This document shows, in pieces, positions 36,202-46,360 of a stretch of DNA of 64,000 bases. The DNA lies in the NCBI GenBank assembly GCA_963797305.1, contig CAWCOW010000003.1, positions 856,043-920,042 of the forward strand, read 5' to 3'. The stretch is from an uncultured Alphaproteobacteria bacterium (GTDB taxonomy: Bacteria; Pseudomonadota; Alphaproteobacteria; Acetobacterales; Acetobacteraceae). Below the pieces are notes generated by a model. That model was given only the letters and a program-made list of their open reading frames with translations, was not told the DNA's origin and did no database searches. Both the position numbers and the translations under genes were made by a program. Numbering within the stretch: the stretch's first letter is position 1; every line of letters starts with the position of its first letter.

Positions 36202-37344
36202 TCAACTCAATGCCCGTTTCGCGACCGCTGCAAGATAGCCAGCGGCGGCCGGCAATATGGCATCGTTGAAATCATAGTTGGCGCTATGCAGTTCCCTCCC
36301 GCCGTCCGAAGGACCGTTGCCGATCCAGACGAAGGCCCCGGGGCGCTGGCGGAGATACCAAGCGAAGTCCTCGCCCGCCATCGCGGGCGCGAGGTCCCGC
36401 CGCAATTTCAACCCCGCGGACAAGACCGCCTCCACCGCGAGATCGCGTTCGGCCGGCGTGTTCCGCGTGACGGGATTGCCGTAGGGAATCTGCACGTCGA
36501 TATCGACACCGAAACTCAGTGCCACGCCGTCGGCGATACGGTGAATCGCCTGCTCCACGTGATCCCCGACCTCGTCGCGCAGGCAGCGCATGGTGCCACG
36601 CATCAGCACGCTGTCGGGAATCTGGTTTGCCGCCGATCCGGCCTGCATCATCGCGATGGAAACCACGGCGGCATCCAGCGGATCGACAGTGCGCGAGACG
36701 ATCGACTGCAACGCGATCAACAAATGCGCAGCGGCGACCATCGGATCTCGCGTCAGGTGCGGCAGGCCCGCGTGGCCGCCGTGGCCCGTAACGGTGAACC
36801 ACAAACGGTTGCCCGCGGCCATGACTGGACCGTCGTGCACCGCAACGGTACCGGCCTCCAGACCCGGCCAATTGTGGTAGCCGAAAATGCGCTCCATCGG
36901 AAAGCGGTCGAACAGGCCGTCGGCGATCATGCGCTTGGCGCCTCCACCGCCCTCTTCCGCCGGTTGGAACACGAAGCGAACCGTTCCGGACCAGTCGTGA
37001 TCCGCCGTCAGTAGCGCCGCGGCTCCGAGCAAGGATGTTGTGTGGCCGTCATGGCCGCAGGCATGCATCACGCCCGGATTGCGCGACACATGCTCAACGC
37101 CCGTCATCTCATTGATCGGCAGCGCGTCCATGTCCGCACGCAATCCGACCGAGCGGTTCGATCGGCCGCGGCTGATCGTTGCCACGACGCCGTAGCCGCC
37201 GACATCAGCAACAAAAGGAACCCCCAGTTCGCTCAGACATGCTTGCACGAACGCCGAGGTTCGGGATTCCTCAAGGGTAAGCTCGGGGTTTGCGTGGAGA
37301 TGACGCCGCCATCCGATCAGCCTGTCGTGCAGCGTCTTATCCAA
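36202..37344 (-). CDS. M20 family amidohydrolase (hippurate hydrolase-like)
   Basis: WRRHLHANPEL, RADMDALP, MHACGHDGHT, FQPAEEG, HNWP, GEDF, LHS..YDFND. Confidence 0.93.
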   Translation of the reverse strand: MDKTLHDRLIGWRRHLHANPELTLEESRTSAFVQACLSELGVPFVADVGGYGVVATISRGRSNRSVGLRADMDALPINEMTGVEHVSRNPGVMHACGHDGHTTSLLGAAALLTADHDWSGTVRFVFQPAEEGGGGAKRMIADGLFDRFPMERIFGYHNWPGLEAGTVAVHDGPVMAAGNRLWFTVTGHGGHAGLPHLTRDPMVAAAHLLIALQSIVSRTVDPLDAAVVSIAMMQAGSAANQIPDSVLMRGTMRCLRDEVGDHVEQAIHRIADGVALSFGVDIDVQIPYGNPVTRNTPAERDLAVEAVLSAGLKLRRDLAPAMAGEDFAWYLRQRPGAFVWIGNGPSDGGRELHSANYDFNDAILPAAAGYLAAVAKRALS

Positions 37345-37380
37345 TGCGGTCTCCTTGGCTTCGGCGAAACGCGCCGAACT

Positions 37381-38400
37381 TCACGGTTCGGCGGAAACCC
37401 TTACCAGCAACTTGCCGAAATTGCGTCCGGTCAGGATGCCGCTTAGCGCATCGGGAGCGTTTTCCAGGCCATCGATTACGTCCTCCCGATAGATCAGGCT
37501 ACCGTCGGCGACGAGTGGTTCGGCCATCCTGCGCCATTCGGTGAATCGCTCCATCCGATCGGTGACGATGAAGCCTTGGATCAACACCCGCTTGCCGACG
37601 ACGAAGCCCAGATTCGGTCCCGGCGGCATCGTCTTTTCGTTGTATTGCGACACCATGCCGCACATCGCGACGCGGGCGAACGGGTTGAGATTATCGAACA
37701 CCGCGGCCTGCACCGCGCCGCCGACATTCTCGAAATATGCATCGACTCCGTTCGGGCACGCGGCATGAAGTTCCTGCCGCAGATTCATCGACCGATGGTC
37801 GACGCAGTCGTCAAAACCCAGGCTGTCCTGCACCCACAAGCATTTTTCCGCTCCGCCCGCGACGCCAACAACCCGCGCCCCGGCGCGCTTGGCGAGTTGA
37901 CCCGCAACCGATCCGACCGCGCCCGATGCCGCCGACACTACGAATGTTTCGCCCGGCTTGGGCTTGCAGATTTCCGTCACCCCGGCGTAGGCGGTTGCGC
38001 CCGGCATGCCGAGGACGCCAAGGTAAGCCGACAGCGGCGCCTTGCCCTTGGGGATTTTCACCAGTTGCTTGCCCGGTGACACAGTATGCGTCTGCCAACC
38101 GCGTGCACCGGAAACCAATTCCCCCGGCTCGAACGCCGGATCGGCCGACGCCACGACCTGACCGATCGTTTCACCGGTCATGACCTCGCCGATTTGCACG
38201 GCAACGGCGTAGGTTTGTTCCTCGCGCAACCGGCCGCGCATATAGGGATCAATCGACAGCCAGATCGTGCGGGTAACGACCTCGCCCGGCTGCGGGTGCG
38301 GAATGGAGTCTTCGCGGATCTCGAAGTCCGCCTTGGAAGGCTCGCCGGACGGACGGCGCTTCAGAACGACCGAGCGGCGCAGACCGGTCGTGCTCATCAC
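37381..38400 (-). CDS. NADP-dependent oxidoreductase (CurA/prostaglandin reductase family MDR)
   Basis: LSIDPYMRGR, LGVLGMPGATAY, VSAASGAVGS, YFENVGG, CGMVSQYN, GRNFGKLLV. Confidence 0.93.
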   Translation of the reverse strand: MMSTTGLRRSVVLKRRPSGEPSKADFEIREDSIPHPQPGEVVTRTIWLSIDPYMRGRLREEQTYAVAVQIGEVMTGETIGQVVASADPAFEPGELVSGARGWQTHTVSPGKQLVKIPKGKAPLSAYLGVLGMPGATAYAGVTEICKPKPGETFVVSAASGAVGSVAGQLAKRAGARVVGVAGGAEKCLWVQDSLGFDDCVDHRSMNLRQELHAACPNGVDAYFENVGGAVQAAVFDNLNPFARVAMCGMVSQYNEKTMPPGPNLGFVVGKRVLIQGFIVTDRMERFTEWRRMAEPLVADGSLIYREDVIDGLENAPDALSGILTGRNFGKLLVRVSAEP

Positions 38401-39467
38401 GCGGCCTCGGCCTTCAGCACCAGACGGCCTGTCACCTTGCCGTCCTTCAGACGCATCAGTGCCTCATAGGCGTGGCTCTGCGGCACCGTCGCCACCGGCA
38501 GGGCCAGAAGCTCTCCGTCCTGCGCCAGCCTTACCAGTTCCCGCAATTCCTTCGGGTTCCCGACATAACTTCCCTGAACAGTCACCGCCTTGATCGCCAT
38601 GATCGGCAGCGGCAACATCAATTCGCCCCCGAACAATCCAACCTGGATCAGCTTACCGCCCTTGGCCAGCGCGTTGAACGCGAAACGGGCCGTTGCGGTG
38701 CCATTCACCAGATCGATCACCGCGAGCACCGGGCCGCCCGCTGCCTCGATGATCCGCTTGGTGACCGTTGCGGAATCGCCGCTGCCGTCAACGACCTTGT
38801 GGGCGCCCGCCTTCAGCGCCGCGTCGCGCTTCTCCGCGCTGACATCCACCGAAATGATATTCTGGTGCCTCAGAGCCTTCAGCACGGATATCGCGTTCAG
38901 TCCCAGGCCGCCCGCTCCAACCAGCACAATCGCCTGGCCCGGGGTCAGCGGCATGGCTTTCTTGATGGCAGCGAAAACAGTGATCCCCGAACACGCGTAG
39001 GTCGCGGCCACCGCCGGATCGAGCGTGCCATAATCGACCAGATGACGCGGGTGCGGCGCCACGACATGGGTGCCGTACCCGCCGTTCTGGTAAACGCCGA
39101 GGCTGCGGTTTTTCACCGCACACATATTATCTTCTTCGGCGAGGCACTTTTCACACTGGCCACATCCGACCCACGGGAACACAATGCGAACGTCGCCAAT
39201 CTTCACGCCCTTGGCGTCTGGGCCGAGCTTGACGACACGGCCGATAATCTCGTGTCCCATGGCCAGCGGAAGCGACACCCCGCGATCGAGCAGCGACATT
39301 TTTTGGCCCGCGCCAATGTCGTAGTAGCCGTCCCAGATGTGCAGGTCCGAATGGCAGACGCCGCAATGGGTGACCTCCAGCAGGACCTCGGTGCCTGTCG
39401 GCTCCGGCGTCGGCAGTTCGATCTCCTTCAACGGCTGCCCATTCTCGACCACGGCCCAGGCGCGCAT
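38397..39467 (-). CDS. Zn-dependent alcohol dehydrogenase
   Basis: GVCHSDLH, GHEIIG, CGQCEKC..C structural Zn site, ACSGIT, GAGGLG, GRLVL. Confidence 0.93.
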   Translation of the reverse strand: MRAWAVVENGQPLKEIELPTPEPTGTEVLLEVTHCGVCHSDLHIWDGYYDIGAGQKMSLLDRGVSLPLAMGHEIIGRVVKLGPDAKGVKIGDVRIVFPWVGCGQCEKCLAEEDNMCAVKNRSLGVYQNGGYGTHVVAPHPRHLVDYGTLDPAVAATYACSGITVFAAIKKAMPLTPGQAIVLVGAGGLGLNAISVLKALRHQNIISVDVSAEKRDAALKAGAHKVVDGSGDSATVTKRIIEAAGGPVLAVIDLVNGTATARFAFNALAKGGKLIQVGLFGGELMLPLPIMAIKAVTVQGSYVGNPKELRELVRLAQDGELLALPVATVPQSHAYEALMRLKDGKVTGRLVLKAEAA

Positions 39468-39528
39468 TTTCGTCTCCTGCTTTCTTGCGTTGCCTGATGG
39501 AAACCGCTTGCCGCGCGGCGGTCAAGAG

Positions 39529-41139
39529 TCAGTGGAGTTCGGGCAGGCGCATGGCATGGCCAAAGCGGCGCGACGGTTCCTGCGGGTCACCGTATTTTCG
39601 GTGCATCGCGGTATGATAGGCTGCCGCCAGCAGCAGCTTGTCGCGGTCCGGCTGCCGGTTGGTCTCGAAGTCCATCAGCATGCACTGGGCGATTTCCTGG
39701 TTGTGCGGGTCATTGCCCAGCTTGCAGGCAGCCAGCGCGATCCGTTGCAAAAGGTTGTCACGATCGGAGACGTTGTCACAGTAAGCCTGCGTCCAGCCCA
39801 TGGCTTCGTCGCCGTTCAGCGCGCAGATCGATGCATCGACACGGTCCAGAAGCTGAGCGGCATTCAGCGATGCCGCCGCAGACGGAACCTGCAACGAGAC
39901 CGGATGCACCTCGCCGATGCCGTGCTGATGATACGCGACACGGTTGGCGAACATCGCGGCGACGTACAGCAGGCGCAGCCGGCGCGGGTGGTCGAAGGTG
40001 TCGTAGAACCAGGCCAGCGTGTTCTGATATTCATAGCAGTGGTGCGGCATGTTGAACGCCGCTTGATCCCGGGTTTCCAGCACGATTTGCGCCGCGGTCA
40101 CTTGCAACACATCCAGGATACTGCGCGGGTCCTTGCCGGACTTCAGCAGTTTCGTCACCGCCTCCAACGTTTCGATCTCGCCCTTCTGCAAAATCGCCAT
40201 GCTGAGTTCAGCCGCTTCCTGTTGGTTCACCGGTTCCTTGTTGCGCAGCATCGCGAGTTCCGCGTCGCTGACGCCGCTGTACGGGACTGCGTGCAGCGCT
40301 TCGCCCTCGATCATCATCTTGATGTAGTTGCAGGCGACTTCGTACGTAGAATACCAGCGCGGCCCGACGGCGATATCCAGCGCGCCGGCATAAATGATGT
40401 TGTGCGCATGATCCCAGCCAATCGCGTTGCCGAGTTCCACCGTCGATCGGGCGCGGTAGGCTTTGTGGCCGGTGGTATAGGAACGGTTATGTAACAGACG
40501 ATCCTGCACGTCAATCAGGCCGGCGAAACAGAGTTCGGCGAGAACCTCCGGGCGCTCCGCCGGATCTTGCATCAGGCCGAGGAACAGCCTGTAGGCATCG
40601 ATCACGTTGCCTCGATGCACATGGGTCATCCAGGTGTTCAGCCGTTCGCCCAGCGGTCCGGTCTGCCGCACGGGTTCCTGATCAGGCCAGTACACGACGG
40701 GGGGCGGAGGCGCTTCCACGACGCCGAGGTTGCCGCGCTGGCGTGTATAGTGGCCGGGTGCCTTGTTGATCTTCTGGTTCCAGATATCGAGGCCGGTTGG
40801 AATGTACCAGATCGTCTGCGCCATCGGCAGCATCGCCAGATGCGAGGGCATCATGCGGTTCAGATTGAGCGTTGCCCGCGCACTGAGCAGGCAATGGTCG
40901 TTGTTGACGAAATTCGGGTAACCGTCGTCGATACGCTCATGATACGGCACATGCGTGTAAGGGGCATGGATGCGAACGCTTTCGGAGACGATCTCGTTCA
41001 GCGGGCGATTGGCGCGCACAAGATCGTAAAAGACATCGCTGGCGCCTTTTTGGTCCCGCATTAGGCAACGGTCTTCCAACCTGTCATAAAGACCGCGGAC
41101 TACGCTGGTTTTCCGATCGGGATCGCAGGTCGTATCCAT
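39529..41139 (-). CDS. Hypothetical alpha-helical protein with four periodic His motifs
   Basis: 536-aa ORF, GGAGG RBS, normal codon pattern; no family recognised with confidence. Confidence 0.8.
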   Translation of the reverse strand: MDTTCDPDRKTSVVRGLYDRLEDRCLMRDQKGASDVFYDLVRANRPLNEIVSESVRIHAPYTHVPYHERIDDGYPNFVNNDHCLLSARATLNLNRMMPSHLAMLPMAQTIWYIPTGLDIWNQKINKAPGHYTRQRGNLGVVEAPPPPVVYWPDQEPVRQTGPLGERLNTWMTHVHRGNVIDAYRLFLGLMQDPAERPEVLAELCFAGLIDVQDRLLHNRSYTTGHKAYRARSTVELGNAIGWDHAHNIIYAGALDIAVGPRWYSTYEVACNYIKMMIEGEALHAVPYSGVSDAELAMLRNKEPVNQQEAAELSMAILQKGEIETLEAVTKLLKSGKDPRSILDVLQVTAAQIVLETRDQAAFNMPHHCYEYQNTLAWFYDTFDHPRRLRLLYVAAMFANRVAYHQHGIGEVHPVSLQVPSAAASLNAAQLLDRVDASICALNGDEAMGWTQAYCDNVSDRDNLLQRIALAACKLGNDPHNQEIAQCMLMDFETNRQPDRDKLLLAAAYHTAMHRKYGDPQEPSRRFGHAMRLPELH

Positions 41140-41199
41140 GTTTTGGTTTCCTCCGACTGTTGATCGATCCTACGCCCGGGAGCGAATGACCGACAACCT

Positions 41200-42261
41200 T
41201 CAGCCGACAACCGCGCGCATGATCGCGACTGCTTCGTCGATCTGCTCCGCGCTGATGTCCAGATGCGTGCAGGCCCTTCCGCGATACGCGGCCGAGACGG
41301 AAATGGTCACGCCCAACGGCCGCAGCCGTGCGGCGAACTCCGCGGCAGTCAGCCCGGCGGCGCCGGTGTCGAAGAAAACCAGATTGGTCTCCGGCGTTTC
41401 TACCGTGATGCCGGGGATTTGCGCCATGCCGCGAGCCAGGGTAGCGGCGTTGGCGTGATCTTCCGCCAGACGATCGATATTGTGTTGCAGAGCGTATATA
41501 CAGGCCGCGGCATTCATGCCGCCCTGCCGCATGGACCCGCCCAGCCGCTGCTTCCAGCGCCAGGCCTCGCCGATGAAATCCTTCCGCCCGGCCAGCACGG
41601 CACCCAGCGGCGCGCCCAATCCCTTGGTGAAATCCAGCATGACTGTGTCGCAGTGCACCACCACGTCGCTGACAGCGACCCCCAGCGCAACCGCCGCATT
41701 GACGACCCGGGCCCCATCCATGTGGACATTCATTTCGTGCTCGTGCGCGACCTGCGTTACCGCCTGCAAGCCAGCGACCTGCCAGCACGCTCCGCCGCCT
41801 TTGTTGGCGGTCTGCTCCACCTCCACCAAACGTTGCGGAGGTGCATAGCGTGACACCGGCCGGATCGCTTCCCGCAGCGTCTGCGCGGAAAAAAAGCCGC
41901 GCGGCCCCTGCAATCCGCGGATCATAACGCCCGCGATCGCGCCCGGGGCGCCCCCCTCGCTGCCCTGGATATGCGCATCCTCGTGCGCCAGGACCTCATC
42001 CCCCGGGCGGCAATGCGTCGCCAGTGCCACCTGGTTGCACATCGTTCCGGACGGCATGAACATCGCCGCTTCCTTGCCCAGCAGTTCGGCCACCCGGTCG
42101 CACAGTTCCCAGACCGTCGGGTCGGAGCCGCCCTGTTCGTCGCCGACCTCCGCCGCCAGCATGGCTTCTTTCATGGCGCGAGACGGGCGGGTCTGCGTGT
42201 CGGAATAGAGGTTGATCCGGACGGGCACGGAAAAATCGGCCCGCTTGGGTTCGTAACTCAT
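41200..42261 (-). CDS. Low-specificity threonine aldolase family PLP enzyme
   Basis: LYSDTQT, PSGTMCNQ, EQTAN.GGG, HMDGAR, DFTKGLGAPLG (PLP Lys), WKQRLGG.MRQGG. Confidence 0.92.
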   Translation of the reverse strand: MSYEPKRADFSVPVRINLYSDTQTRPSRAMKEAMLAAEVGDEQGGSDPTVWELCDRVAELLGKEAAMFMPSGTMCNQVALATHCRPGDEVLAHEDAHIQGSEGGAPGAIAGVMIRGLQGPRGFFSAQTLREAIRPVSRYAPPQRLVEVEQTANKGGGACWQVAGLQAVTQVAHEHEMNVHMDGARVVNAAVALGVAVSDVVVHCDTVMLDFTKGLGAPLGAVLAGRKDFIGEAWRWKQRLGGSMRQGGMNAAACIYALQHNIDRLAEDHANAATLARGMAQIPGITVETPETNLVFFDTGAAGLTAAEFAARLRPLGVTISVSAAYRGRACTHLDISAEQIDEAVAIMRAVVG

Positions 42262-42343
42262 CGGCGCGGCGCTCCATCGACGGTCGTCCGGTGGTACCAG
42301 ATGAGGCATTGCCTGCAAAGCCGCCGCGTCGGATGCTGCGGCC

Positions 42344-43561
42344 ATGGACAGTCTGGCTATCGAGGAGCACGGCACCACCCACTGGAAGCGCAACCTCTGG
42401 GTCTGTGTTTTTGGTTCGTTCACTACCATCATTGCAATGACGTTGCTGCTGCCGTTTTTGCCGATATATGTCGAACAGCTCGGCGTGACCGACCACGCCG
42501 CGATCGTGCAATGGTCGGGCGCGGCCTATGGCGCGACATTCCTGAGCGCCGCGATGTTCGCGCCGCTGTGGGGCCGGCTGGGCGACCGGTACGGCCGCAA
42601 ATTGATGCTGATTCGTGCCAGCCTCGGCATGGCGGTGGCAATGTCGCTGATCGGCCTGTCGCAAAACGTCTACCAGCTTGTCGGACTGCGACTGCTGACG
42701 GGGTTGCTGGGCGGCTACTCGTCCGGTTCGACCATTCTGGTGGCGACGCAAACGCCGCGGGCGCAAACCGCGTGGGCCTTGGGCGTGATGTCATCCGGCA
42801 TCATGGCCGGAAACCTCGCCGGCCCGCTGATCGGCGGCGTGCTGCCGCAGATGATCGGCATCAGAATGACATTCCTGGCGGCTGGGGCGATCATCTTTGT
42901 TGCGTTCCTGGCGACGACGTTTCTGATTAGGGAAGCACCTCGGCCGCCACGCCTGACCGCATCCGGGCGGCACGGTGGGTGGGCGAGCATTCCGGACAAG
43001 CGGCCGGTGGTGGCGATGCTGGTGACGGGCATGCTGCTGATGCTCGCCAACATGTCGATCGAGCCAATCATTACAGTCTATGTGGCGACGATCGTTCCGG
43101 ACGCTTCGCGGGTGACCATCGTCGCCGGATTGGCGATGTCGGCGGCGGCGCTGGGCAGCATTCTCTCCGCCTCGCGCCTCGGAAAATTGGCCGATCGGCT
43201 CGGGCATTTGCGGGTTATTGTGGGATGCTTGCTGGTTTCGGCGGTGCTGCTGATCCCGCAGGCGTTCGTCGCCGCCGGTTGGCAACTGGTGGGCCTGCGG
43301 TTCCTGATGGGGCTTTCGCTGGGCGGGCTGTTGCCGTGCGTCGCGGCGGTGATCCGCCATAACGTGCCGGAACGAAACGCCGGCAGCATCCTGGGCCTCT
43401 CGACGTCCTCGCAGTATGTCGGGCAGGTTGTTGGACCGCTGGCCGGCGGCTTCGTCGGCGGCCATATCGGAATGCGGGCCGTGTTCCTGGGGACGTCGGT
43501 TCTGATGGCCGTCGGCGCGGCCTATGCCTGGTTATCCCGGTCTAGCAACAGACCACGTTGA
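42344..43561 (+). CDS. MFS transporter (MdtG/YceE-like)
   Basis: WKRNLW..F..MT..LPFLPIYVEQLG, APLWGRLGDRYGRKLM, 12-TM pattern. Confidence 0.92.
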   Translation: MDSLAIEEHGTTHWKRNLWVCVFGSFTTIIAMTLLLPFLPIYVEQLGVTDHAAIVQWSGAAYGATFLSAAMFAPLWGRLGDRYGRKLMLIRASLGMAVAMSLIGLSQNVYQLVGLRLLTGLLGGYSSGSTILVATQTPRAQTAWALGVMSSGIMAGNLAGPLIGGVLPQMIGIRMTFLAAGAIIFVAFLATTFLIREAPRPPRLTASGRHGGWASIPDKRPVVAMLVTGMLLMLANMSIEPIITVYVATIVPDASRVTIVAGLAMSAAALGSILSASRLGKLADRLGHLRVIVGCLLVSAVLLIPQAFVAAGWQLVGLRFLMGLSLGGLLPCVAAVIRHNVPERNAGSILGLSTSSQYVGQVVGPLAGGFVGGHIGMRAVFLGTSVLMAVGAAYAWLSRSSNRPR

Positions 43562-45203
43562 CCAACGCTTGTTGACCCGCCCGCACCGCCGCCGCCGCGC
43601 GTTGCAGCGCCGCCGGCAGATCGGCCGGCCGATCGACACGTTCGCCATGCCCATCGTGCGCCGCAACGATTTTTTCGAACGCTGGCGCGGGCAAATCCGC
43701 GAGGAACCGTCCATCCGCCTCGGCGGCCGTTCCGCTCGGGTACATGTCGAGCGTGGAATGGCGAACCGCGCCATACAGGCTGTTGTTGTATATGATCGTC
43801 AGAACCGGCAGGTTCTGCATCTGCGCCGTGTAATGACACGCTGTCGGGTTCGCGAACATGTAAGCGCCATCGCCGAGAACGGAAACCACAAGACTGTTCG
43901 GCGATGCCAGCTTGATGCCGAGCGAGGCCCCTAAGCCCCAGCCCAGACCGCCCGCGGAACTGACAGCAAACAGGCTGCCGGGCGCGGCCAGCGGGCAATA
44001 TTCCTGCCGGAACGAGTATTCGCTGACCACCTTCGTCTCGGCATCGATCACATCGCGGAGGCAGTGGTTCAACCAGGGCAGCGTAATCGCTTCCGACCGC
44101 CCGGCGTGCTCCACTTCCGCGTTCCACCCTTGATGCAGCTTGCGCGACCGTTCCCGCAGCCGGGCATCCCGTTCGCCGGCATCAGGTGTCGGCAGCGCGC
44201 TTTCCAGCGCCTCCAGCACTGACAGGCACGTCGCAGTAATCGTCAGGTCTGACGGAAACCCGCGCATGGGCAGGCGGCAATGCAACGGGTCCTCGCCGAC
44301 CTGCACGATACGCGCATGGGCAGGCGGCGACTGTTTCGACGGTAACCAAGGCACATCCGATTCGAAAACGATAACCAGATCGGCTTCGTCCATTAGCGGG
44401 CCGGGTGCGGAGCCCTGGAACATCGGATGATCGGATGACAGAGCGAAATATCGGGTCTGATACGGGATCACCGGCAGCGCGTAACGCTCCGCGAGCCGCG
44501 CGAGCACCACGCTGTCGCGCGGGTCCTTGCCCAACATGCCCGTGATGATCAGCGGATTTTTCGCCGCGGCGATCCAGCCGGCCAGCGTTTCGATGTCTGC
44601 CGGCAGTGGCACCGGCGGCCGAGGGCCGATACGCCGCTCGCGATTGCTTGCGGCCGGGTCGGTGACCACTTCGCCCAGCACTTCCCGAGGCAGGCTGAGA
44701 TACACCGGTCCCTGCGGTGACGCGGAAGCGATTTCCAAAGCCCGATCCACGACGGAAGCCGCCTGGCTGCCGCGTTTCATTTCGTAGTCCCATTTGACCA
44801 ATTCGCGCAGCATGCCCGCCTGATCGAACATTTCCTGCGCCCATTGGATATGCGCGCTGCGAGAACCGCTCACACCGCTTTCCGTATAAGGCGTGCGCCC
44901 GGAGGTCAGCAGCATCGGAATCCGATCGCGGCTGGCATTGACCAGCATATTGATCGCATTCGCCGTTCCAACATTGGTGTGCAGCATCACCGCCTGCGGC
45001 CGCCCGGTCACGGCGGTGAAGCCGTGCGCCATCGCGACCGCGACGCTTTCATGTGGAACCACCATGGGACGCGGCAAATTTCGATTGGTGCGAGCATATG
45101 CTTCGACGATCGGCGGAAAATCAGTACCGGGATTGGCGAACAAATGCTCGATCCCATGCGTGGCGAGGGCTTCCAGGTAATCTTCCGCGGCGATCCTCGT
45201 CAT
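43542..45203 (-). CDS. Thiamine diphosphate-dependent enzyme (acetolactate synthase-like family)
   Basis: FANPGTDFPP, HE..AVAMAHG, QEMFDQ, GDGAYMF..NN TPP motif; its 3' end overlaps the MFS gene by 20 bp. Confidence 0.92.
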   Translation of the reverse strand: MTRIAAEDYLEALATHGIEHLFANPGTDFPPIVEAYARTNRNLPRPMVVPHESVAVAMAHGFTAVTGRPQAVMLHTNVGTANAINMLVNASRDRIPMLLTSGRTPYTESGVSGSRSAHIQWAQEMFDQAGMLRELVKWDYEMKRGSQAASVVDRALEIASASPQGPVYLSLPREVLGEVVTDPAASNRERRIGPRPPVPLPADIETLAGWIAAAKNPLIITGMLGKDPRDSVVLARLAERYALPVIPYQTRYFALSSDHPMFQGSAPGPLMDEADLVIVFESDVPWLPSKQSPPAHARIVQVGEDPLHCRLPMRGFPSDLTITATCLSVLEALESALPTPDAGERDARLRERSRKLHQGWNAEVEHAGRSEAITLPWLNHCLRDVIDAETKVVSEYSFRQEYCPLAAPGSLFAVSSAGGLGWGLGASLGIKLASPNSLVVSVLGDGAYMFANPTACHYTAQMQNLPVLTIIYNNSLYGAVRHSTLDMYPSGTAAEADGRFLADLPAPAFEKIVAAHDGHGERVDRPADLPAALQRAAAAVRAGQQALVNVVCC

Positions 45204-45207
45204 GCAT

Positions 45208-46257
45208 TCAAATCCCCAGCCTATCGATGACGCCATAGTCTTCAGCCAGCGCGCGTATCTTCTCCCATGTGGAATCCTCCACGGGCACGCCGTTCTTGCG
45301 GCGCTCCTGCTCCTTCCGGAATTCGATTTCGCCGGGATAATAGACTTCGGTGAATCCCGCGGCGGGCGGCGTGGCCTTTAGATACCGCGCGAATTCGCTC
45401 ACTTCCCGCCTGAACGTCTCCAGTGGCCGGAAAGCGTCCACTTTGAACACCGCGATGAAGCAGCCGTCGTTGTGCCGCCCCGTCGGTTCGACACCAAATC
45501 CAAGTCCGGTCAGCAGCCCGGACAAAATCTCAACGATCGCGGCAAGACCGGTGCCTTTGTAGCCTTCGGTCCCGCCGAGAGGCAGCAGCGCCCCGCCCGA
45601 CTTCAACACACGAGGATCGGTGGACGGCTTGCCCTCGGCATCGATCAGCCAGCCGCCGGGAACCTGATCGCCGCGCGCCGTGGCAACGTTGATCTTTCCC
45701 GCAGCGGCGGCCGAGGTCGCCATGTCGAACACCAGCGGCCCGTCCAGGTCCGACGGCACGGCGAAACAGATCGGATTTGTTCCAAGCCGGGCCTTTGCCC
45801 CGCCGTACGGCGCCACATGCTTCGGACCTCGCCCGGAGTCCGCCGTGATCATCGCGATCATGCCCTCGGCGGCGGCCAGCAGCGGATAACTGGCAAGACG
45901 TCCGATATGGCTCTGGCGGAACACCGTCGCCGCCGCGACGTTCTGCGTCTTCGCTTTCTCGATGGTGTGGCGCATCGCCCGGTCGGTCACCGCGTAGCCA
46001 AAACCCCAGTTGCCATCGATCACCGTTGTCGTTGCGGCTTCTTGCGTGATCACCCACGGCGCCCGCGGCACGATGTGTCCGGCCTTGATGCGGTCGATGT
46101 AGGTCGGGATCAGTATAATGCCGTGCGAATCGTGCCCCGCGAGGTTGGCGCCGATGTTGTTCCGCGCCGTCACCGCCGCCTCCTCTTCGGAAGCGCCGGC
46201 TGCGATCAGCAACGCCTCGGCAATCTCGACCAGCTTATCCGCGGGCACGATTGGCAT
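45208..46257 (-). CDS. Ldh_2 family (malate/L-sulfolactate/ureidoglycolate DH-like) oxidoreductase
   Basis: GHDSHG, IDGNWGFG, SHIGRL, LGTNPI, FDMATS, GYKGTGL, YYPGE.E. Confidence 0.92.
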   Translation of the reverse strand: MPIVPADKLVEIAEALLIAAGASEEEAAVTARNNIGANLAGHDSHGIILIPTYIDRIKAGHIVPRAPWVITQEAATTTVIDGNWGFGYAVTDRAMRHTIEKAKTQNVAAATVFRQSHIGRLASYPLLAAAEGMIAMITADSGRGPKHVAPYGGAKARLGTNPICFAVPSDLDGPLVFDMATSAAAAGKINVATARGDQVPGGWLIDAEGKPSTDPRVLKSGGALLPLGGTEGYKGTGLAAIVEILSGLLTGLGFGVEPTGRHNDGCFIAVFKVDAFRPLETFRREVSEFARYLKATPPAAGFTEVYYPGEIEFRKEQERRKNGVPVEDSTWEKIRALAEDYGVIDRLGI

Positions 46258-46360
46258 GGATGTGTTTCCCGGCTTTCCTCGAGGACAGGCTATCGCAGTT
46301 GGCGGGTTGCGCAAATCCGGCGTAGCGTCGGCGCGGGAGACGAACCAACGGGAGCAGTCA

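Noticed and set aside
43542-43561. 20-bp convergent overlap of MFS and TPP enzyme genes
   Set aside because: Short tail-to-tail overlaps are common in high-GC genomes, and there is no evidence of special function.
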